From the NCBI GenBank assembly GCA_965248835.1, contig CBDFLJ010000002.1, forward strand, positions 1,056,001 to 1,120,000: a stretch of 64,000 nt of DNA. The letters are read 5' to 3'. The translations under genes and the position numbers were made by a program. Numbering within the stretch: position 1 is the first letter of the stretch; the number at the start of each line of letters is the position of its first letter. Source of the stretch: Alphaproteobacteria bacterium. Its GTDB lineage: Bacteria > Pseudomonadota > Alphaproteobacteria > MPNO01. Below are positions 28,238 through 38,776 of the stretch, piece by piece. The notes beneath the pieces are model-generated. The model did no database searches. It saw only the letters and a list, made by a program, of their open reading frames with translations, and was not told the origin of the DNA.

Positions 28238-28942
28238 GCAGCCTGTTGAAGAAATAGCGGGTTTGGCCTTGAGGAAGGCTTGGTCGCCGAGATGGTATGC
28301 GAACTGGATTTCGATCGACCCTTTGTCGAGCAACTCAGCCGAGCCGGAACCGTTGACGTCGTCCATTTCCTCGAACCCGGCCCAGGTGAAGAAGACCATG
28401 GAGTGGCTGTATTCGAGGTCGAGGCTGGCCTGCATGGCGCCGAAGGCGATCTCGCCGTGGCCATCCGCTCGAATGGTCATCATGGCCGGCTCGACCAGAT
28501 CGAGGGATCACGATCCCAGAGGTCGGCCTCGACGATCCGCCAGCGGCCAAAGCCGGCAGTTCATTGGCGCCGTCATGGCCCGGTTTCCTGCAGCTTGGGC
28601 AATCGGACCAGATTGTAGGCCGCCGCCGCGAAGGTGAAGGCCCAATCAACCTTGGCCCGTCCCCGCAGCTTGGTCTGGCCCATCCCGGCCACCGTCTTGA
28701 TCCAGCCAAAGGCCTCCTCGATGCGCTTGCGGATCCGCTGACTGGCGGCGTAACCGGGATGCCGGGTCGTCCGCCCGTCGATGGCCGAACGTCGCCGGCT
28801 GGTGTTCCGGGCCACATGCGGGCGGACGTTGTGGCCCCGCAATTCCTCGACGAAGTCAGCGGCATCGTAGCCGCGATCCGTGCCCAGAGTGACTGCGCGT
28901 GGCCGGTCCGCTAGAGGCTCGATCATCTCCAGCGCCGCTAGA
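28238..28942 (-). mobile_element. 3' part of an IS5-family element: transposase C-terminus (28573..28926) plus a frameshifted passenger ORF (~28240..28576)
   Basis: TLGTDRGYD, RKRIEEAFGWIK, AAYNLVRL; passenger GEIAFGA...GFEEMD.V.GSGSAEL; end GCAGCCTGTTGAAGAA. Confidence 0.8.
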
Positions 28943-28976
28943 CGCTAGAGGCTCGATCATCTCCAGCGCCGCTAGA
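28909..28976. repeat. Perfect 34-bp tandem duplication
   Basis: CGCTAGAGGCTCGATCATCTCCAGCGCCGCTAGA x2 (28909-28942, 28943-28976). Confidence 0.92.
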
Positions 28977-29250
28977 GCCGTTCAAGCTTGCGCGGAATCG
29001 CAGGTTTGTGGTTGGTGTTTTCACAAGATGTTGTGGTTAGCGACCGTGGGAACACGCTATGGGCCATGCTCATTCCTTGGATCTGCGTCGGCGGATGTTG
29101 GCTGCGGTGGCGCGTGGCGCATTGTGTCGGGCAATGGCGGAGCGTTTCGATGTCAGTGCGTCGAGCGTGATCAAGCTGGTGCGGCGTTGGCGGCGGAGCG
29201 GGGATTGCGCCCCGGCCAAGCCGGGCGGCGGGCGCAAGCGTAAGCTTGCC
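28975..29250 (+). mobile_element. Left end of an IS630-family element (HTH orfA fragment 29059-~29250)
   Basis: HSLDLRRRML...AERFDVSASSVIKLVRRWRRSG..APAKPGG; follows TA. Confidence 0.75.
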
Positions 29251-29695
29251 GGGCAAGCTGATCAAGGGCAAGAAGCGGCACGTCCTGGTCGACACCCAGG
29301 GCCTGCTGCTGCGCGGCCTGGTCACCGCGGCCGACGTCCAGGACCGCGACGGCGGCATCACGCTGCTGGCGAACCTGTTCGGCCTGTTCCCGTTCCTGCG
29401 AAAGCTGTTCGCCGACGGCGCCTATGAGAGGCCGGTCTTTCATGGCGCGCCGGCCGGCATCCTGCCCCGGCTCGAAACCGAGATCGTCAAGCGGTCCGAC
29501 CGGGCCAACGGCTTGGTCGTACTGCCCAAGCGCTGGATCGTCGAGCGCTCCATCGCCTGGCTCAACCGCTGCCGGCGGCTCGCCAAGGACTGGGAAAACC
29601 GCAACCGCAACGCCCTCGGTTTCCGCAAGCTCGCCTCGATCCGACTCATGCTCCGAAAACTCTCCAACCCTTCATGACGTCCCCGGACGGACACT
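29246..29695 (+). mobile_element. Right half of an IS5-family (IS1031-group) element
   Basis: GKKRHVLVDTQG, ADVQDRDG, FADGAY, RWIVERSIAWL, RRLAKDWE. Confidence 0.85.
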
Positions 29696-30155
29696 AAGGT
29701 CACGGACGACACTAGCGACATGTTCGGCTTCTGGCCCCGAGGTCTTTCCGACGATGGTCCGTTGAATCTCGCGGATTTGCTCGACTTGGCCTTGGCAGCC
29801 AAAGGAGCTGTTTCGTTGCGCCAAAGCCGCCAATTGGCTCTTTATCGGACGGAATCGGCTCAAAGGCGGCCGCAGGTCACAGGTGGGTTGCATCTCGCAC
29901 GAGTTTGAGCCAAGCTCAACCAACTGGGAGGCTCCACATGGGAAATCTCGGATAAATACAAATATAAAATGGATCCATAACCCGAAAAATTAAAGATTAC
30001 GCGCGCGCTAGAATGAATTTCAGAGATGGTATTTTGGTTTTAGTTATGGATGACGTGGCAATCACTGCGTATCTGAAATGAAAAAGGCTTCGCGACTTCG
30101 ATCCGGGATTGCTTGCGCTTTGAGGTCGCGGAAGCCGGACAGCAGGGAGGCAAAC

Positions 30156-31160
30156 ATGAAGAAGCTTTTGGTGACCCTGGCGGCGGGGGCCGCCCTATCG
30201 GCGATGTCGCAAGGCGCGCTGGCCGCGTGCGGATCGGTCGTGATCGCGAACATGAACTGGGCCTCGGCCGAGCTATTGGCCAACGTCGACAAAATCATCC
30301 TCGAAAAGGGCTATGGCTGCGACGCTTCGATGGTCCCGGGCGACACCATGCCGACTTTCACGTCCATGAACGAAAAGGGCCGGCCCGATGTCGCGCCCGA
30401 ACTCTGGGCGAACTTTCTCCGTGACCCGCTCGGCGAGGCCATGAAGGAGGGACGGCTGCATACGTTGAACAGGGGGCCGATCCTCGGGGTCGGCGAGGGC
30501 TGGTGGATCCCGCGGCACACGGCCAAGAAACATCCCGAGCTGAAGACGGTTCTGGATGTTCTGAAACGTCCGGACCTGTTCCCGTACCAGGAAGACCTTT
30601 CGAAGGGCGCATTTGTCAACTGCCCGGCGGGATGGGGGTGCCAGCTGACCAACTCCAACCTCTTCCGGGCGTTCGAAATGAAAAAGAAGGGCTGGGTCCT
30701 GGTGGATCCGGGTTCCGCCGCCGGCCTGGACGGATCCCTGGCCAAGGCCGTGGAACGGGGTCAGAACTGGTTCGGCTATTACTGGGCGCCGACGGCGCTG
30801 GTCGGCAAGTTCCGTCCGGTTAAGGTGCCGTTCGGGGTGCCGTTTGTCGGCACCGAGCATTGGGACGGCTGCATCGTCAAGCCGGAACAGGAATGCGCCG
30901 ACCCGAAACCCTCGTCCTGGACCAAATCCGAAGTGCATACCGTGGCCGGCGACAGGTTCGTGAAGAACGGCGGCGTGGCGGTCGACTATCTGAGGGCGCG
31001 CGTCTTTCCCGGCGACGTCATCAACGCCATGCTGGCCTATATGCAGGCCAACCAGGCGAGCGGCGAAGAAGCGGCGCTGGAGTTCCTGCGCAAGCACGAG
31101 AGCGTCTGGACGAAGTGGGTTTCGGCGGATGCCGCGGCAAAGGTGAAGTCCTCGCTCTAG
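30156..31160 (+). CDS. proX: Glycine betaine/proline-type (QAT) ABC substrate-binding protein
   Basis: Signal peptide MKKLL..ALA; CGSVVIANMNWASA, GYGC, PELW, CPAGWGC, GYYWAPT; substrate not determinable. Confidence 0.85.
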   Translation: MKKLLVTLAAGAALSAMSQGALAACGSVVIANMNWASAELLANVDKIILEKGYGCDASMVPGDTMPTFTSMNEKGRPDVAPELWANFLRDPLGEAMKEGRLHTLNRGPILGVGEGWWIPRHTAKKHPELKTVLDVLKRPDLFPYQEDLSKGAFVNCPAGWGCQLTNSNLFRAFEMKKKGWVLVDPGSAAGLDGSLAKAVERGQNWFGYYWAPTALVGKFRPVKVPFGVPFVGTEHWDGCIVKPEQECADPKPSSWTKSEVHTVAGDRFVKNGGVAVDYLRARVFPGDVINAMLAYMQANQASGEEAALEFLRKHESVWTKWVSADAAAKVKSSL

Positions 31161-31237
31161 GTTGAAACCGCCTGAGGGTGTCGCGGATCCGCTGATCATC
31201 GGCTATAAGTGGACCCGACCTCCTCTCGCCAAGGGCT

Positions 31238-32128
31238 TTGGTTTTGGGACTTCTTGACGAATTCCCCACCTTGGGGGTTCAGGAACTACGTGACCTCAAG
31301 AAGGCCATAGACCGTGGCTTTCGCGACTTCTCCCGGACCCACGGAGAAGCGCTCGAGAATTTCTTCGACCCGCTGCTGCAATTCCTGGTCTGGTTCGAAA
31401 GGTTGCTGCAGACCAGCCCTTGGCCGCTAGTGATTATCGTCATCGCCGTCCTCGCCTGGCTCGGCGCGCGGAGCTGGCTGGTGGTCGGGGGAACGGTCGC
31501 ATCGTTTCTCGCGATCGGCTATCTCGGCATGTGGCAGGACACGATGGCGACGCTCGCCATCATCTCGGTCGCCACGTTGATCTGTATCGTGGTGGGAATC
31601 CCCGTCGGCATCTCGATGGCACGCTCCGACCGCGTTCAGGCGATAATCACCCCGCTGCTCGACGTTATGCAGACAATTCCGAGCTTCGTCTACCTGATCC
31701 CGGTGGTCATGCTGCTCGGCATCGGAAAGGTCCCTGGGCTGATTGCCGTCTGCATCTACGCCCTGCCCCCGATCGTGCGTCTGACCAATCTCGGAATTCG
31801 TCTGGTCGACAGGGAGGTGCAGGAAGCCGCCGACGCCTTCGGGGCCAGCTACTCGCAAAAGCTGTTCGGCGTGCAGATCCCCCTCGCCCTGCCCAACATC
31901 TTTGCCGGCGTGAACCAGACGATCATGATGTCGCTTGCGATGGTCGTCATCGCCTCCATGATCGGGGTCAAGGGGCTTGGGGTGCCCGTGTTGAGGGCGA
32001 TCTCCAACCAGTATCTTGCCCTGGGGCTGATGAACGGCCTTGCGATCGTGGTGCTCGCCATCATCTTCGACCGGATATCGCAGGGGTTCGGAAAGAACAT
32101 CCAGAAGCACCGGAGGGAAGGGCATTAG
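31238..32128 (+). CDS. proW: QAT ABC permease
   Basis: PLLDVMQTIPSFVYLIP, RLTNLGIR, EAADAFG, AGVNQTIMM; start uncertain. Confidence 0.88.
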   Translation: MVLGLLDEFPTLGVQELRDLKKAIDRGFRDFSRTHGEALENFFDPLLQFLVWFERLLQTSPWPLVIIVIAVLAWLGARSWLVVGGTVASFLAIGYLGMWQDTMATLAIISVATLICIVVGIPVGISMARSDRVQAIITPLLDVMQTIPSFVYLIPVVMLLGIGKVPGLIAVCIYALPPIVRLTNLGIRLVDREVQEAADAFGASYSQKLFGVQIPLALPNIFAGVNQTIMMSLAMVVIASMIGVKGLGVPVLRAISNQYLALGLMNGLAIVVLAIIFDRISQGFGKNIQKHRREGH

Positions 32129-33143
32129 CGCCGACGTCAAGGTCACGATCAGGAATCTCTACAAGATCTTCGGCCCCCGCGCGTCCGCCATGACGGAGCA
32201 TGTCAGGGCCGGGATGTCGAAGGAGGACCTGCTCGACAGGCACGGACACGTGCTCGGCGTCAAGAACATCGACCTCGACGTCGCCGCCCATCAGATCCAG
32301 GTCGTCATGGGACTGTCGGGGTCGGGGAAGTCCACGCTGATCCGTCACATCAACCGGCTCATCGAACCGACCTCGGGCGAAGTGTTCGTCGACGGAGAGG
32401 ACATCCTCGCCATGAAGCCGCCCGAACTGCGGGAGTTCCGGCGATACACGGCGTCCATGGTATTCCAGCGCTTTGCGCTCCTGCCCCACCGTACGGTCGC
32501 CGAGAACGTCGCGTACGGCCTCCGTATTCAGGGCATAGACAAGGGAGAGAAGGCGGAACGCGCCCGGCGCTGGATCGACCGGGTCGGACTCACGGGATAC
32601 GAGGACTACTACACAACGCAACTCTCGGGCGGCATGCAGCAGAGGGTGGGCCTTGCGCGCGCACTCGCGACCGACGCCGAAATCCTTCTGATGGACGAAC
32701 CGTTCTCGGCGCTCGACCCCCTCATCCGCGCCGACATGCAGGACATACTGCTCGATCTGCAGACCGAGCTGCACAAGACGATCGTCTTCATCACCCACGA
32801 CCTCGAAGAGGCGCTCCGAATCGGGAACAGCATCGCGATCCTGCGGGCCGGCGAAGCGGTGCAGATCGGGACACCGCAGGAAATCGTCATGCGCCCCGCG
32901 GACGACTACGTCGCCGAATTCATCAAGGACATCAATCGCGGCCGGGTGATCGAGGTCGCCTCGATCATGGAGGCCGAATACGCGAACGGCGCTCCCAAAG
33001 TCGATGCGGGAACCGTTCTGGACGATGCACTGCAGCTCCTCATCGGCACCGGAGCGCAGATCGCGTCCGTGACCCGGAACGGAAAGTCGGTCGGCTCCGT
33101 CCGCCTAGAGCGGATCGCGTCCGCCCTCGCCAGGCCCGATTGA
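32124..33143 (+). CDS. proV: QAT ABC ATP-binding protein
   Basis: NLYKIFG, MGLSGSGKS, LSGGMQQRVGLARA, LMDEPFSALDP; start placed at ATT 7 nt after GGAGG (uncertain). Confidence 0.85.
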   Translation: MSADVKVTIRNLYKIFGPRASAMTEHVRAGMSKEDLLDRHGHVLGVKNIDLDVAAHQIQVVMGLSGSGKSTLIRHINRLIEPTSGEVFVDGEDILAMKPPELREFRRYTASMVFQRFALLPHRTVAENVAYGLRIQGIDKGEKAERARRWIDRVGLTGYEDYYTTQLSGGMQQRVGLARALATDAEILLMDEPFSALDPLIRADMQDILLDLQTELHKTIVFITHDLEEALRIGNSIAILRAGEAVQIGTPQEIVMRPADDYVAEFIKDINRGRVIEVASIMEAEYANGAPKVDAGTVLDDALQLLIGTGAQIASVTRNGKSVGSVRLERIASALARPD

Positions 33144-33164
33144 ACGAAGTTGCGCGTATAGCCC

Positions 33165-33828
33165 GGCATTGTCAGACTAAATGGCCTGGAGCTGCAGAAC
33201 CTTCAGTTGAGGCCCCTTAGGCTGCAAGTTGCCTCTACTCGGCCAGCGCAGCAGCCCGGTCTTGTGTGAAAATGTCGCGGCGGTTGAGATGGCGTTGGTG
33301 GTTGAAATGGTTGTGGATCGAGGCATCGACGGAGGCGAATTTCAGCAGAGTTTTTACGTCCCTGAATTTGGCCATTGCGCGTTCCCGTCGTCGGAAGGGT
33401 CGATGTGAGTTTTCTGCCCGGTTGTTGAGCCAACGCCTGTCCCCCCGGCTGCCCTCGTTGCCGATCACCTTCATCGCTGCCCGGTATGATTGTAGCCTGT
33501 CCGTGACGATCGTGGCCGGCCGGCCATAGCGCTTCATAGCCCGCTTCAGAAACCTGAGCGCGGCTTCGCGGTCCCGCCGTTTCGTGGCAAAAACCTCCAG
33601 GACTTCGCCTTCATGGTCAACGGCACGCCATAGATATGGCAAATGTCGATACCTCGTTCGAAAAGAATGTCTTCGACCTGCCGCAACGACAGCGGATAGC
33701 GGATATACGTCATCACCGCGAGGCGGATTACCTCGGGCGAGCTGTTGAAATAATGGAAGGGATTGTCCATCACTGGATGGTTACGAGAGCTTACTTCACG
33801 GCTCAAGGCGAGTTACTCTGACGGTGCC
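33165..33828 (-). mobile_element. IS6-family element with internal deletion (pseudo-transposase)
   Basis: IRs GGCATTGTCAGACTAA / revcomp GGCACCGTCAGAGTAA; YPLSLRQVED..GIDICH jumps out of frame to YLWRAVDHEGE; NNRAENSH. Confidence 0.88.
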
Positions 33829-34019
33829 CTTCAGCGGCGTTGGACGTCGCGAGGTCAGGGTGGATGTTCGCTTTGACCGCCGCTTCGGTGGAGAATTCGG
33901 CGCATCCGCGTGGCCTCTACTGTGGGCCGCCGTTGCGATAAGGTTACGCGGCGATACCGCTGTCGGCCCGATTTGATCGCGCCGCGAGAACGCCCCGCCA
34001 ACGGCACCGGTGACAGGAA

Positions 34020-34799
34020 ATGAATGTCAAGGAATCCTTCGTCGAGATCTGCGGCTGCCGCGTCCTGCTACGCCGCGCCGGAACGGGGCAGCCGGTTCTG
34101 TTTTTGCACGGCGCCGGCGGCGTGCCGCAATGGGTGCCTTTGTTCGAGCGGCTGGCGGAGCGGTTCGACCTTCTCGTGCCAGATCATCCGAGTTATAGCC
34201 GCTCCGAGACCCCCGACTGGCTTGACGGGGTGGGAGATCTCGGCTTCTTCTATCTCGACTTTTTGAGAGAGCTCAATCTCGACGGCGTTCACGTCATCGG
34301 CCACTCGCTGGGAGGCTGGGTGGCGCTTGAGGCAGCGGTGCGTTCGACCGAAAGGATCAAGATGCTGACCTTGATCGCTTCGGCCGGCATCCGCATCAAG
34401 GGCGTGCCCGCAGCCAACATTTTCTTCATGGACCGCACGCAGCTCGCCCACGCGCTCTACGCCGATCCCAAGCTCTCCGAGGCGATGCTCGCCAACGATC
34501 CGACACCCGAGGAGATCGGCGAGATGGTGACCAACAGCGTGGCGACCGCGCGGCTTGCTTGGCACCCGCGCCTGTTCGACCCCGCCTTGCGCAAGTGGTT
34601 GCGACGCATCGACAAACCGACGCACATCATCTGGGGCGAAGAAGACAGGATAATTCCCGCCGCCTACGCCTCCGAACTCGCGGGACTCATCGACGGCGCG
34701 ACGACGACGACGGTGCCGAACGCCGGACACATGGTGCATGTCGAGGCGCTCGATGCGGTGATGAACGCGCTCGACAATTTCATCGAATGCAACGCCTGA
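34020..34799 (+). CDS. Alpha/beta hydrolase
   Basis: FLHGAGG, GHSLGG nucleophile elbow, WGEED, GHMVH. Confidence 0.9.
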   Translation: MNVKESFVEICGCRVLLRRAGTGQPVLFLHGAGGVPQWVPLFERLAERFDLLVPDHPSYSRSETPDWLDGVGDLGFFYLDFLRELNLDGVHVIGHSLGGWVALEAAVRSTERIKMLTLIASAGIRIKGVPAANIFFMDRTQLAHALYADPKLSEAMLANDPTPEEIGEMVTNSVATARLAWHPRLFDPALRKWLRRIDKPTHIIWGEEDRIIPAAYASELAGLIDGATTTTVPNAGHMVHVEALDAVMNALDNFIECNA

Positions 34800-34814
34800 T
34801 CGAGGAGACCGGTC

Positions 34815-36026
34815 ATGCTGGTCATGATGTTCCACCTGATGCCCTATCCCGGCCTGCCCGACGAGGTGACGTCGGCGTATGACAGCTACTGGATCACGCT
34901 GCCCAACAGCCAATACGACCGCGAGGTCGGCCACCATATCTACAACCGCTATCTCGACGAGCTCGAGCTTTGCGCGGAGCTCGGCCTCGACGCCGTCGCG
35001 GTGAACGAGCATCACCAGACGCCCTACGGGCTGATGCCATCGCCAATCGTCACCGCCTCAGCGCTGGCGCGCCGCGTCGGCGACCGCTGCAAGATCGCCA
35101 TCTTCGGCAGTGGGTTTTGTCTGCGCGAGCACCCGCTCACCTTGGCCGAAGAGCACGCGATGATCGACACCATAACCGGTGGACGGCTGATCTCCGGCTT
35201 CGTCCGCGGCGTGGGCGCGGAGTACACGTCCTTCGGCGTAAATCCTGTTCGCTCTCACGAACGGCACATCGAGGCACACGATCTCGTTGTGCAGGCGTGG
35301 TCGAAGCCCGGGCCTTTCGCCTTCGAAGGCAAGCATTACCACTTCGAATACATCAACATCTGGCCACGCCCGTACCAGCAGCCGCACCCGCCGATCTGGT
35401 GCCCCTCCCAAGGCTCGTCCGAGACCATCGAGTGGGCGGCCCACCCTGACCGCAAATATGTCTATCTGCAAAACTTCAACCCGTGGGACGCAGCGGTGAA
35501 GTATCTCAACTATTATCGCGAGGTCGCGCAGCGCGCCTACGGCTATGAGGCGACCTCGAGCCAGCTCGCTTGGGGCGCGCCAGTCTATGTTGCCGAGACC
35601 GACGAGCAGGCCATCGATGAAGCGCGCGAGCCTCTCGAATATCTCTTCAACAAGGCGTTCAAGATGCCGGGCGGCATGTTCTTCCCGCCCGGCTACACCT
35701 CGCACGGCTCGATGCGCCAGATCGTGGCGGCCAAGAGCTCGATCATGTCGGCCGGCCGCACGGTCGAGAATCTTGCCCATGTCGGTCTCGCTGTCATCGG
35801 CAGCCCCGAGACGGTGCGCAACCGGCTCATCCAGTGCCATAACGAGCTCGGTTTCCACGCCTTTGTCGCGCTGCTCCACTTCGGCACCATGTCGGCCGAA
35901 AAGACCGAGAACAACATCCGCCTCTTCGCCAAGGAGGTCCTGCCCGCGATCCAGGCGCTCGATGACGGACACTATGCCGGCTTCGAGATGCCCAGCACCG
36001 GCCAGCCGAGCTACGCGGCGGAGTGA
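34815..36026 (+). CDS. LLM-class flavin-dependent oxidoreductase
   Basis: VNEHHQT, AEEHAMID, GRLISGFVRG, PRPYQQPHPPIW, IGSPETV, FAKEVLP. Confidence 0.92.
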   Translation: MLVMMFHLMPYPGLPDEVTSAYDSYWITLPNSQYDREVGHHIYNRYLDELELCAELGLDAVAVNEHHQTPYGLMPSPIVTASALARRVGDRCKIAIFGSGFCLREHPLTLAEEHAMIDTITGGRLISGFVRGVGAEYTSFGVNPVRSHERHIEAHDLVVQAWSKPGPFAFEGKHYHFEYINIWPRPYQQPHPPIWCPSQGSSETIEWAAHPDRKYVYLQNFNPWDAAVKYLNYYREVAQRAYGYEATSSQLAWGAPVYVAETDEQAIDEAREPLEYLFNKAFKMPGGMFFPPGYTSHGSMRQIVAAKSSIMSAGRTVENLAHVGLAVIGSPETVRNRLIQCHNELGFHAFVALLHFGTMSAEKTENNIRLFAKEVLPAIQALDDGHYAGFEMPSTGQPSYAAE

Positions 36027-36279
36027 GTGGTGGGAGCGCTGCAGGACGGGTTTGAAACCCGACCATAATCGCTTGCGATCGTTTTCCCGCTCGCCCGCGT
36101 GCTCACGCGCCGGCCGAGATCCCGATCCATTGGCGAACCAGGGGTTCGTCAATCCGGATGGGTTTGTCGGGGCCGCGGCCGAGAAGATCGTCGAAGCCAG
36201 CAGGGACTAAGCACGGGGCCCACGGTCGGGATTTCCTGGGCTGACAGGGAGCCCATCCAGCCGCCGCCGATTGGCTCCA

Positions 36280-36445
36280 CGCAGCAGCTTATTGAATGCC
36301 CTTTCGATATGGTTGCGTTGTTCATCGAGCGCGGTGTCGTGGGGGATGTTGATTTTGCGGCCCCTTTTGCAGGGGATGACGGCGGTTGCGTTGTGGCTTT
36401 CGAGCAATGCCACCGCGTTGCGGCTGTCATGGACCTGACCGGGGC
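36280..36445 (-). mobile_element. Degenerate IS5-family transposase fragment
   Basis: LSPGQVHD...AVIPCKRGRK...RNHIERAFNKL. Confidence 0.6.
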
Positions 36446-36783
36446 TCAGTAGTTCCCCCGAGCAACCTCCTGCAGGATCAGTTTGTCCAGCGTCAGGTGC
36501 GATACCGCCCGGCGCAGACGCGTATTCTTCGCCTCCAGCTCCTCGAGACGCTTGATTTGGTCGGTCTTCAGACCGCCGAACTCCTGTTGCCACCGATAGT
36601 CGGTAACCTCGCTCACCCCGATCTTACGGATCGCGTCCGGAACGCCGCTCCCCTGCGAAACCACAACATCAACCGGCGCAGCTTCGCAATGATCTCCTCA
36701 GGCTTGTATCGGTTCCTTGGCACGATGGTCCTCCTCCATGTTCATACACAACATCAGGGTGGACCACTTCGATGGGCTCTTCA
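36446..36783 (-). mobile_element. Left end of an IS3-family element with frameshifted orfA
   Basis: TG-initiated end TGAAGAGCCCATCGAAGTGGTCCA; YKPEEIIAKLR / IGVSEVT.YRW...RLEELEAKNTRLRRAVS.LTLDK. Confidence 0.8.
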
Positions 36784-38776
36784 CGGCCTGCTGACATCGA
36801 TAACGAAAACATCGATCCAGGAGCGCCGTGCCTCGGGCAAGCGATCAATCAACATCATTCGGAGCGCTTCGGGCGTCTCCGGCCGTTCGAGACCCTCCGG
36901 ATGTCCTGGCATCTTCTTCCCGGGAACATCTCCGAACCAAAGCACGACATACACGCCGCGGCCTTCCGCGTGCCAGTCGCGCGTATAGTTTGCGTCGAGT
37001 TGGTCGCTGGCGGCGTCCCACACATCACGATGCCACTGGCCCTTGATCTCAACCGGCAGTCCGAGCGCGTTACGGATGGCGGCAATGTCCGCCCGCGTCT
37101 GGCCGGGCATGTGCATCTCCGGCTCGAATCGGATCGACGGCGGCAACTGACCCGAAATGTGTTCGATGAGGCGGTTACGGCAGAAGTTCTCCCCCCTGGG
37201 CCCGTCCTCGGTCCAATAGGCTTCCCACATGTCGGTGTTGCTGGCTTGCATGCGCTCCTGGAGGGTTTCGATTCGGTCCGCGAAGTAGGCTCGCATGTCG
37301 TCGATGGTCTCGGGCAATCCCCGTGCCATGACGGATTGGAGTTGACCGACCGTGGGAGCAGCATACTCGGAATCCCGTCGGGCCCTGCGTTGAAGCGTAA
37401 GCGCATGCTTCGCCGTATCGGCGTAGGTCGGGACGTGACCCGCGATCAGGTTCTGCAACGCTTCGGTCGCGTCGGGTGACGGGCGAGTGGCGACGGCATA
37501 GATCGTGCGCCTGATGAAGTCGCTTGCGTCCCATGGGTTGCAATCGCCCGTCGTGACGCCCCCGGGACGCTTGATCCAGGGCCAATGCGCGCCGAAAGCC
37601 TCGACGACGAAAACAAGATGGACGAGGGAGAAATCGGCGAAGCGCTCACCGTTCTCCGTTCCGATCCGGTTTCGGATGAACCAGAGGAAGTCCGGATTAT
37701 CGGCGGCGGCCTTATCAAGTTCCTCCCGACGGTCATCGAAGTCGATGACGTAGTCCGCCGACAACCACAAAAGCTCGGTCGCGCGATCTGGGTGAGCGCG
37801 ATCCCGGACGTCGATGAGCAGTGCGCGTACCTCTCTACGCAGAGCGTTCTTGAGCGCAGAGTCCAGCAGTTCTGTCTGGACGTGGAGGTTCAATGCGGGG
37901 TAGCGGCGCAGCCAATCGACCGCGAGGCGGCCGGCCAACTGGGCAAATCGCGGGTCGGTAGCAAGCCGGTGCAGCTCGGTGATATGTCCCATATTGTGAG
38001 CAAGTTGAGGCTCAATGCTTGCGCGGAAATGGTCTTCCCAGTCCGCTTCGTTATTAAACAAGACCGTTTCGAGCGCGTAGCTGATGTCTATCTGTCCCGA
38101 AGCGTTCACCTCCAGCGCCCGGCGCCACGCCATATAGACCGCCGCGAGCTTGGGGCGATCGATCGCATCGATCGGGCGGCCTTGCCGAAGCATCTCGGCA
38201 ATGCCGCAGATCATGGGACCCTCGGCCTCCCAATGCTTATACTCGCAGTGGACTCGGGCGACGTCGGCGGCGCTCGGCAGGTCACTTCTGTCCAGAACCG
38301 CGATGAAGCCCATGAGTGCCTGATCGCCCAATATGTCGCCGAGGAACCCCCGTACTCGTGCCTCCGGCGATTCTGAGCCATCGAACCAACTGCACCGGCC
38401 GAGGTAGATGTCGGCCGGTGCAGCAAGATCTTGGACACTGCCGACGGCGATTTCATGCACCCTCTGGCGGTCGCGATGAGCTTGAAAAATTGCTTGGCGT
38501 TTTGTTTCTCTAAGGGCGCGGTGTCTCTCGTGCTCGATCTTCCATTCGGGCTCCACGACCTCCGTTTCTTCAGCGAGCACGGCCAGCAGCTCGGGATCAT
38601 CATCCGCAATCCGGATGGCCGCATCACGCACAATTTCCGAGATGCCGTCCGGAGACCGACCGAGCCGCAAGATGTGGCGCCATGTATCTGCATCTATCGA
38701 ACCATCACCCGCACGTGCACGCAGGGCTTTCAACACGCCTACGAGATCTTCAGGGGTCGGATACAGGTTGAGATTA

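Noticed and set aside
28909-28976. CRISPR array
   Set aside because: Only two abutting copies, no spacers and no cas genes; no array seen elsewhere
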